A stretch of 64,000 bases of DNA. It comes from Perna viridis (lineage: Eukaryota). The notes under the pieces are model-generated. The model worked only from the letters and a program-made list of their open reading frames with translations, made no database searches and was not told the DNA's origin. The position numbers were made by a program, and so were the translations under genes. How positions within the stretch are numbered: position 1 is the first letter of the stretch; every line of letters starts with the position of its first letter. Of the stretch, positions 53,895 to 64,000 are shown one piece after another. Where the stretch lies: assembly GCA_037379345.1 (NCBI GenBank), contig CM074523.1:12716551-12780550 (forward strand), written 5' to 3'.

Positions 53895-55053
53895 TTAAGT
53901 GAGTTTCCATTATCTACATTTTATTTCAACTTCAGAACATTCATGACCAAACAAATATGTTGTTCATTTATGTATTAAGTCGTCTTTGATATCTAAACAT
54001 TTTTGGCGTAATCAAGTAAAATATATCATGTATTGCATTAATCATTATCGTGAAACTAAAATTGTTATTTGATGTTTTATATTTCGCTAATAGTCTCATC
54101 ATAGTGTAGGTATACGATAGTCTGACACTATTGATTATGGTATGATTGGTCGTATCATTGCATGGCTGTCTGTCATACATTCTTGTAATACGCAAGATGA
54201 AAATACATAGTCTTATGCTTTATCCAATGAAAGGAATAAACAATTATAAAAAAATATCACAACTTTCACAAAGTTTAAATGTGTTTTACTGAGTTACCTA
54301 AAATAAATAAATAAGACGTTGACCGAATTTTATCTCAGTTATCATTAGGCGATACAAACACTCTTTTGTTCAAATGAATAACCTCGAGGATCCCTCCATT
54401 TATTCAGGAAACGCCAAAGATATAGGTTAGCAAAAACGTACTATTCTCAAAATTTATAAGTATTTTGTCATTCTGAACCATCTCAATGTACTTCATAGTC
54501 TTTCTCTCCATGACTGTTAATTTTTGACCGATTATTTTATATAGGATTTAACCTCTGTTCAGCGATTCTACCCGAGAACACATATTGTGTGATCAGCAAA
54601 TAAGTATCGGAGAAGGAAAAACCTAAAAACGTTTTAAATCAAGATCTATCTACGTTTTAGACGTAATGCTGCTGATGACGGGTTACTCTTACATCATACT
54701 GTAATGAACAGTTTTATATGAGTGGTATTCTTTTATTTACTATGTATCTATTTACTATATTATCTATCCATCCAATTATGACTCTCTTTCCTAAATACGA
54801 TTGCATATGAATTATTCAACAACAAATCAAAGGTATAAACAGATATTGATTTACAAAAATTCACAGTTCACAGTATTTCTAATGATAAACGATCACATAT
54901 ATGATAAAAAGTGGTCCATAGCATTCTTTATCATAAAAAATATAACTGTCTGCAAAGCATAAAGTGCCACATATTAGAATCATCTGGTTTACAACATATG
55001 ATTTTAATGTAAATCGAGCATGATGTGATAATCACATATTTCAGTAAATTGAT

Positions 55054-55187
55054 TATAATTAACATATGTCTCAAAGTATAATTAACATATGTCTCAAAGC
55101 TACGGTTAACATATGTCTCAAAGCTACAGTTAACGTATGTCTCAAAGCTACAGTTAACATATGTCTCAAAGCTATAATTAACATATG
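55054..55187. repeat. 24-bp minisatellite, about 5.5 copies
   Basis: Unit ta(c/t)a(g/a)ttaacatatgtctcaaagc. Confidence 0.9.
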
Positions 55188-56814
55188 AGAATCAGACAAT
55201 AATCAAAAGAGACTGTCATATAATCATAATAATTAAAGATATAGAATTCAATTTGTGTAATTGCACTTTTTCGTGTTTTATACCTTCTGTTTGTCTGTCC
55301 GTCTGTCTGTCTGCCCTTAACGTATTATAACTGCAAATCTTCTGTTTGAGGTGAATCAGATCGTGTGTGTACCTGGTAAATAAACGAATAAAAACCAAAT
55401 ATATGAATTATCGTACAATTTTCATTTGATTACTATATAATTTTATATAATTCGTCCACTTTCTGTCTATCATATGTGGCACTTTTGATTGTGTATAATG
55501 TATATTTCATTTGTAATTCAATGTGTTTTCCAATATCGTTCTTCCTTTAGTAAATTAATGACATAAAACAACCAATCAGTTTATAACATTCACATACAAA
55601 ACATGATTGTGATTACAAGTATACAGTATAGTACGTTCTGCAACGTTTTTGTACTGTTCGTGGGGGGACATATATTAGCTCAAAAGAAATCACCTTTTCA
55701 TTAGTAAATCAAACACAAAACGCCTTGTGTACATGTCTTACATCATGACGATTTCGTTGCAAGATTGCTTGATATTGTAGAAACAAAGAATCTTAGTACA
55801 AATATTGCGTAATCGTCCTTTAAATAACATGCCATCTGTTTTTCCTGCATCTGTTTTGTTTGATTGTATGTAGATCACGACAAGACCTATAGATAATAAC
55901 AATTGTTAATTGATCGCCTCCACAATTATAATTTTAAGAACTTAGCTAATTAACTTTAATAATTATTGCCTTTCCCATATCATTTTTCAAGACTTTTGGC
56001 AATCTTAACAAAATTGTCTAATTTCTTATTTGTTTGTTTTACCCACAGCAGTGCATATGCTATTAATTTTTAAATACTCTATGTTAGTGCAAGTTTGTGT
56101 AAGAATCAGGCAAAATGAGACAAACAGATACATGGATGTCAAAACCCAAACGGTCTGAAAACATGATTTCATTCAAGGGAGCTCCCTTTATTTTTTTATG
56201 GATTTGCTCAGGACTTTTTTTTTCAACAAATGAGGTTTTTGACAGAGTTATCTTACCTTGAAATGTTCCTTTTTAGTGAAATTCATTGAAAATATAGTTC
56301 ACTTTTTGTTTTTCCCCGATTCTGATTTTTTTAAAATATCATGTTTCACCAACTGCCTGAATCTTACAGATACTGACACATAAATATATATCGTGGTATC
56401 TTGAATTCGGGAAATAATATGGACACTATTTTTTTACTTATAAATTCAACTACTAAACACTGTTCATTTTGGAAGAAGTCTAAAATTCTTTATAAACATG
56501 AAAATAAAACTCCAGATTCAGAGTAAGTGTGTTTCTAATATAATTGATTCATATTTGGTTTAGAAAGTGATCATTTGTTATTTATTGGGATAAGATTGAA
56601 TTCATGCCTTAAACCCCTTCAAAATTATTTGCACAATTTATATATGTATATATTTGAGAAGTCTATTGGGATGTGATCAAAACCATCTTACTAGTTAGTG
56701 CATTACTATATAAACATATTGCTTGCAAGACTTGGATCAACATAGCATGTTGATACAAGGATGTATTTCTATATATACCTAATATACACCCAAACTCTGA
56801 AATTGATGCGAGGG

Positions 56815-56866
56815 TGCAAATTTCCGATGCAAATTTGGTCGCTCCCTCAGCTTCATTTGAACCCGT
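56815..56866 (-). mobile_element. B-box and downstream remnant of the tRNA-derived element
   Basis: Reverse strand gggttcaaat...gagggagcgaccaaatttgcatcggaaatttg matches 30468-30517. Confidence 0.7.
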
Positions 56867-57200
56867 TTTCTGCTCAATATATATATATATTTCTGAACAA
56901 AAAACAGAAGAAGTTAATGTATTTAATATCCTAAAAAAAGTTTGTCTAGCAAAATAATTATAGTTAAATATAAAATACTACAGAGAATAGATAACCGTTT
57001 AGCCTATGATACCATATAACTTGAATATATCATTCACATATCAGATTTTTTGTAAAGATTAAGATATATGTTTTATGCTTATAAGTTTCCCTATAACGTA
57101 GAAGCACTAATAACTATAGGGCTCATAGAGAACATACTGTAGCTATATGAAGATTGTAAACAGCAAAATGCAATACGGTGTTATGATGTGAACAAAAAGT

Positions 57201-59115
57201 CCAACGCTCTAGATCATTCGACCAACTAGGCTATAGACATCCAACGCTCTAGATCATTTGATCAACTAGGCTATAGACATCCAATGCTCTAGATCATTCG
57301 ACCAACTAGGCTATAGACATCCAACGCTCTAGATCATTTGATCAACTAGGCTATAGACATCCAACGCTCTAGATCATTCGACCAACTAGGCTATAGACAT
57401 CCAACGCTCTAGATCATTCGACCAACTAGGCTATAGACATCCAATGCTCTAGATCATTCGACCAACTAGGCTATAGACATCCAACGCTCTAGATCATTCG
57501 ACCAACTAGGCTATAGACATCCAACGCTCTAGATCATTCGACCAACTAGGCTATAGACATCCAACGCTCTAGATCATTTGATCAACTAGGCTATAGACAT
57601 CCAACGCTCTAGATCATTCGACCAACTAGGCTATAGACATCCAACGCTCTAGATCATTCGACCAACTAGGCTATAGACATCCAACGCTCTAGATCATTCG
57701 ACCAACTAGGCTATAGACATCCAACGCTCTAGATCATTCGACCAACTAGGCTATAGACATCCAACGCTCTAGATCATTCGACCAACTAGGCTATAGACAT
57801 CCAACGCTCTAGATCATTCGACCAACTAGGCTATAGACATCCAACGCTCTAGATCATTCGACCAACTAGGCTATAGACATCCAACGCTCTAGATCATTCG
57901 ACCAACTAGGCTATAGACATCCAACGCTCTAGATCATTCGACCAACTAGGCTATAGACATCCAATGCTCTAGATCATTCGACCAACTAGGCTATAGACAT
58001 CCAACGCTCTAGATCATTTGACCAACTAGGCTATAGACATCCAACGCTCTAGATCATTTGATCAACTAGGCTATAGACATCCAACGCTCTAGATCATTCG
58101 ACCAACTAGGCTATAGACATCCAACGCTCTAGATCATTCGACCAACTAGGCTATAGACATCCAACGCTCTAGATCATTCGACCAACTAGGCTATAGACAT
58201 CCAACGCTCTAGATCATTTGATCAACTAGGCTATAGACATCCAACGCTCTAGATCATTCGACCAACTAGGCTATAGACATCCAACGCTCTAGATCATTCG
58301 ACCAACTAGGCTATAGACATCCAATGCTCTAGATCATTCGACCAACTAGGCTATAGACATCCAACGCTCTAGATCATTCGACCAACTAGGCTATAGACAT
58401 CCAACGCTCTAGATCATTCGACCAACTAGGCTATAGACATCCAACGCTCTAGATCATTTGATCAACTAGGCTATAGACATCCAACGCTCTAGATCATTCG
58501 ACCAACTAGGCTATAGACATCCAACGCTCTAGATCATTCGACCAACTAGGCTATAGACATCCAACGCTCTAGATCATTCGACCAACTAGGCTATAGACAT
58601 CCAACGCTCTAGATCATTCGACCAACTAGGCTATAGACATCCAACGCTCTAGATCATTCGACCAACTAGGCTATAGACATCCAACGCTCTAGATCATTCG
58701 ACCAACTAGGCTATAGACATCCAACGCTCTAGATCATTCGACCAACTAGGCTATAGACATCCAACGCTCTAGATCATTCGACCAACTAGGCTATAGACAT
58801 CCAACGCTCTAGATCATTTGACCAACTAGGCTATAGACATCCAACGCTCTAGATCATTTGATCAACTAGGCTATAGACATCCAACGCTCTAGATCATTCG
58901 ACCAACTAGGCTATAGACATCCAACGCTCTAGATCATTCGACCAACTAGGCTATAGACATCCAACGCTCTAGATCATTCGACCAACTAGGCTATAGACAT
59001 CCAACGCTCTAGATCATTCGACCAACTAGGCTATAGACATCCAACGCTCTAGATCATTCGACCAACTAGGCTATAGACATCCAACGCTCTAGATCATTTG
59101 ATCAACTAGGCTATA
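57201..59115. repeat. 40-bp minisatellite, about 48 head-to-tail copies
   Basis: Unit ccaacgctctagatcattcgaccaactaggctatagacat with three C>T variant positions and no spacers. Confidence 0.98.
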
Positions 59116-60221
59116 TAAAATATAATGATAAACTAAACTAAGACTGTTAGTGTGGTTTCTCACAGATACTGATTTAGAAATAAAAAAAAAGATCGTTCGT
59201 TTTTTCTTACACGCATGAACCACTTCCTGTCTAATTTGTTTAATTTTGACTGTCATTAAAGACATTCTATTACGCAGAAAATAATACCATGATATTTTTC
59301 CATACTACTTTACAGATTTAAAGGGCACAAATATGTATCTCTTAAAAAAAACAACGTTGTCAATGAACTAGTCCATTACTTTTTTAAGTTACATTGAGTC
59401 TAGGAAACTTGTCTATACGTTTTTTTTTTTTATTATTTCCTGACACTTCTTACTATAATCACTATGCCATTGATTTGAATAACAGTATGATATTACATTC
59501 GCATGTACAATTATTTAACATGGCAGTACACCAAAACGTTAAGTAGATTAACAAAACAAGCATACACCTTGGTTTTACCATTTACTATCTAATACTATCA
59601 GGGTAAAATAAATATTCAATTTATAATTCCAGGAATAACGAGATGATTGTAGTAACAATATTACCGCCATTATACCTCTCGGTCATATTATAAATAATTT
59701 ATACCTTAGCAGCTTTTAAATGGCCGAGTAAGAGTTTATGACGGCTTGCTCTGTTGATTATAGAATTCAAGGAAAAATTGACGATTGAATTTGTATTGAA
59801 TATACTAGATGTTGCGTTCCGAACATTAATAGTTGGTTATGAATTTAGTATCGCGTTTCAATTTATCTGGGCTTTTTATATGTAGTATTGTATTGTTCTT
59901 TTTTCCGCAGTGAACTTGAATAGGATGCCTCAATAAATGCTGCGGTGATAAAGGTTTAATTGATGTTAGTGAAATACTTTAATTGATGAAATGCAATGTT
60001 AGGAGTGTGTTGATTGTTTTTCTAAGGAGTTGTTCAACAAGTTTTAAAAATATAAATAAACGATTAAGTGCTTTAAACTTTTTTTTGGTTTATTTAATGA
60101 AAAAAAAGTTTTTCGCTTTTTTGCGGTATTTGTGTAGACTAAATCCGGGATGTTAAAAAACGGGTAGACAAGTTCAGAAATTATATTCAACTTAAACATA
60201 GTAAGACAATAGTCCAAAAGT

Positions 60222-60314
60222 ATGAATTCTGCATCTACTGTTACCGTTAAAAACAGTTCTTCGGAGAGGAAAACTAGCAAGCAACAGAAACCTGGACAAC
60301 CAGTCGATCTAGAG
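60222..60314 (+). CDS. Candidate alternative first coding exon (31 codons, phase 0)
   Basis: ATG...GAG|gtaaga; MNSASTVTVKNSSSERKTSKQQKPGQPVDLE. Confidence 0.4.
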
Positions 60315-61474
60315 GTAAGACAAATTTTAATTTTGAAAAAATACATCACAATGAATACCGCATCTGAATTTTTCAACAATATAAAGGTATTTAAAATCAA
60401 AGTTTTCACACTAAATTCTTTATAGTATGTGTGGTGTGTTTACTCTAGTATAAAAAAGGAGGCTGTTAATGTAAAAATCCGGTTGATCCTATGACATGGT
60501 TGGCACAGGGTAAATTTTATCCCGCTAAATGTGTTGTTCCAATATAATATTTATATCATATGAATATGTCAATAGAGTATATAAGTCTCGTTCTAGATTC
60601 ATTTTTTACCGGAATTTCCGGGTACTCGAAACGCTGTATAACAATGCAAAATCTTCTAGTTCATGATTGTCATACTATATTTATTATGTAGAAATAGTTA
60701 TTTGTCATTTTTATCGGTATTTTTTTACACAGAAAGATTTTTTCCCTTAACACTGAACTCAACGCTTTCTAAATGACAAATATCTATGTTTTTGAATCGT
60801 AGACTAGGACCAATTCTCGTGAAATCACGGGGTCACATGACGAGACTTACATGCCTTATAGTAAAAAGACTTTTTAAAGGACAATGGATGACTCGTAAAA
60901 AATTTTAAAGTTCCCTAACAATGCAACCAAATTTTGCTAAAAACAAATTAATGAGTTATCTCCCTTGTCAGTGGATTTCAATGGTTTCGGTGTATATTTT
61001 TTTCTCTTTAACCTTTGTATTTCATAAAACAAAACAAACAAAAAACTTTGAGAAAGGATGCATTTTAATCTGAAATGGATAAAAATACATAGAAAACAAA
61101 ATTTGTTTTGTGCCTCCCACTGCCTGTGTTTTGTATGGACATCCTCTTAAATTGCAACCAATATTGTTTTGCTATTCATTGTCAATAAAAATTGTTGTAC
61201 CACACTAATGTTTGCTTTTGTTCTGGATACATCCGGATACTCACAATATTAAATGATAAACCATGTGTGCCATTCAAATAAAAACACTTTATAAGTACAT
61301 CGTAGGAACGATATGTTTTAATTAATATCTTACATTTTCTGTAATAAAATTTCAAGTCGAATATAGAGTTTAAAAAAGTCTTCCCGTGCGATCAAATTAA
61401 TCTTTCTCTATGTAATAGCACTGATTCTTGCTCTTGTGCAAGAATTTGGCAACTAATACTTGACTTTTTTTACA

Positions 61475-61955
61475 CTCGGCGGGTGTTTCTGTAAACGGAG
61501 AGGATGTTACCGGTGCAACTGGTCCATGCTCCCAATGTTTTAGGTGAACCAATGTGCAGGAAAACACACTAAACTAATATCGATGTTCGATTTATTAGCA
61601 TGTACTTATTTAACGATAGTCATTTCTGTATTCGTCATCATGACCTCGTGGATTGTTAGTGTATATCCATCTGCTCCATGAAAACTGATTTGTTTAAATG
61701 GTCATAGTTTTCCTTTCCTCTTTCGTCTACCCTGAACTTGACTTTTATGAGCATCTCAGGGTACTTTTAGAAAAGCAGAGGACACTTACTTTACCGGTGC
61801 ACCTGGTCCATACTCCCAGTTTTAGTGGCATCCGAGTTGCTGATTTACTTTTTGTTACTTTGTATGTATTATTTTGGCAATTTCATGTTCTTTGTTGTGT
61901 ATGATAGTTTTTCCAAGTCTGGTATTTGTCTCAGGGTTGCATCCTTTTGATTCTT
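61475..61955 (+). mobile_element. Two adjacent Penelope-like 3' fragments
   Basis: Partial UTR at 61475-61545, then HHDLVD remnant plus UTR at 61630-61955. Confidence 0.85.
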
Positions 61956-62620
61956 TCAGATCTGTATGTTTTAGTAAACCACATATTAATACCAATGAAC
62001 TCAATCAAATCAAGAATTATAACTTTTTCAAAATACCACTTTTATTTGCAATCTGTACGTTCTTATCTCAAAAATGCAACAGCCAATGTTCAAGCTAACC
62101 CTGGTTATATTGTCTGTAACGGTTTCTCACTTAGAAAAAATGGAGGCGTATGGGCATTAAGATATGAATATTTCCTACAATATCAACTTCGTTGTAATAA
62201 TATAAAATTTGTTCATAACATTATTACTCTTATTATAAGATTCTTCATGTTTATAGCCGTTTTTGATTGGTCTTTGCCAGAAAGTTCATACTTGAATGAA
62301 CTTCGCGAGATCGCTCGTATATGCATGAATGCCAGTCAACTTGAAACCAATATGGCGGCCGTGTAGTTCAAAAGAGTGTGGTAACGACCCAAACGGCATA
62401 ATTTAACCGTAAGAATAGTTTATTTAATCCACATTGATTTTACCAGCACAGTTTGTTTACAGAGAGTAATTTTCAGCTCGGGGAAAGAAACTTAAAAATA
62501 CTTAAAATCTAACTACAAGTAAATTTGCCTCACAATTAAATTGTCCCTGAATTAGATTCTATAAATACATTTACCGGTTCAACACATTCAAACAAAAATT
62601 CCCAAAGGTCGGAATAGAGT

Positions 62621-62764
62621 TATAAGGATTAAACAGATATTTTTAGTTCTTTTATGAATGTATGAACGGATCTCTCCACACCTGCCGTTCATTGAGTTTC
62701 GGAGCTCCGAGATCCGTCCGTTCATACATGCATGAACGACCGAAAATAGCTATTTAATCCTATA
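62621..62764. mobile_element. Palindromic MITE
   Basis: About 50-bp inverted arms ggattaaa.ag.tattt...atgtatgaacgga / tccgttcatacat...aaatagctatttaatcc. Confidence 0.85.
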
Positions 62765-63724
62765 GTAAAATATTTAAATGTGAGGAAAATGATACTAAAT
62801 TGCATTATTTCATTGTATAGACCTCATAATGACGCTACAATTTTACACCATTTAAAAAAACTGCTGAGAATTGTAAATTTTGTCGTTTTGTTTTTCAGAC
62901 ATTATTACATCTAGAAAAAAAACATGTCCAAACTCAAGAAACAACTTCATATTTGGACATATATTAAACTATGTAATAATGAGTATATTTACTAAATATG
63001 TCATATTGAAGTTGTTTCTTTGTTGTGGACGACATTTCCTAGTCAAAAATATGACCCGATATTGACCAAAAAGTACGAAATTTTACAGAATATCTGAATG
63101 TTGGAATATTGGTAAACGTAAAGCTATCTTTCTGTCAATTCAATGCAAAAAATTATCAGTAATTTTTTATGTTGTTTCATTTCTGATGAATTCAAGTCTG
63201 CAATGTCACAATTAAATCATTCAACAATTTATGATTAATTTTCAGTTGTATTTTAGGGCTAATAAGACACGTTATCGTCAATTCTCTTTTGGTGGGTTTT
63301 TGACATGAATCAGCTCCTGTCTGATTGTTGTTAATACTGCCTCTTAAGCTTTCTTGAGCTTTTACAGTAGCACTCAAATTTGTAGTTTATAAATTGTCTT
63401 TGTACCATTAGCAAGTAATTAGTGCTATCAATAAAATGCGATAATCTAATTGGATGATCGGCTTTACACATGATGGTTCATGAGCCGATGAAACGCCTCA
63501 TAATAATATGTATAGGTCACGCCCACAAGTACACATGAACAGAGTGGTCTACTTTAACAGATCACCTTGTATTGCCTTTTTTTCTTTGTATACTTTAAAT
63601 AAAACGGATGTAGAATTTTAGAAACATGAAATTAATCAAAATAATTGAATATTTTGACCAATCGAAAAGAAAAAGTTTGTTTTCGTGTGCGAGCAGATTC
63701 TGCTGTAAATGAGTTAAAGCAAGA

Positions 63725-63925
63725 AAAGCGTAACCAAGGCAACCACAATTCTATCGGTAATAAGAAAAAAACGTAAACCAGGGACAAATACAAGGCATGG
63801 AAAACAGAAAAACACCTGAAAGAACATAACGAAATTAAAATAATACATCCAACGTAACAAAAATAAATGCGAAATTCGACTCCACTAAAAACTTAGAGCA
63901 GGTGCACCGGTAGGGTAAGCGTCCA
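63725..63925 (-). mobile_element. Penelope-like 3' UTR fragment
   Basis: gactccactaaaaact...caggtgcaccggtagggtaagcgtcc. Confidence 0.85.
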
Positions 63926-64000
63926 AAAGCGCTTTGGGTCGACAGGAGATTTTCTTTTGCCATCCAAGAATTGTTAAATGACAGAGAATATTTTTACTGA

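Noticed and set aside
57201-59115. CRISPR array
   Set aside because: The units are contiguous and nearly identical, with no unique spacers and no cas genes, in a eukaryotic context.
61926-62366. 146-aa ORF
   Set aside because: It starts inside a Penelope-like 3' UTR and has no recognisable domain or splice support.

Overview
AT-rich, gene-poor eukaryotic DNA. The repeat families suggest a bivalve mollusc, probably an oyster (inference). There are no prokaryotic operons, rRNA genes or CRISPR arrays. Most recognisable sequence is mobile DNA: about 20 5'-truncated copies of a Penelope-like (Naiad/Chlamys-type) retroelement sharing one structured, non-polyadenylated 3' end, a LINE 3' fragment, tRNA-derived SINEs and many MITEs. 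A 1.9-kb array of a 40-bp unit derives from the Pol III A-box head of a tRNA-type element also present at 30.3-31.1 kb. Host-gene signals are: (i) a minus-strand exon for a Cys-rich, probably secreted protein at 1151-1814, broken by one extra base in a homopolymer; (ii) two clearly paralogous ATG-to-donor mini-exons at 37467 and 41911 (W-x-EPDDPAS-x-LK, with synonymous divergence) plus three weaker phase-0 candidates, suggesting an array of alternative first coding exons whose shared exons are not visible here; (iii) a degenerate BTBD/PHR-like fragment. A minimal type I hammerhead fold with one core substitution lies at 52161-52220 (-). All calls were made by eye without database searches, and repeat boundaries are approximate.
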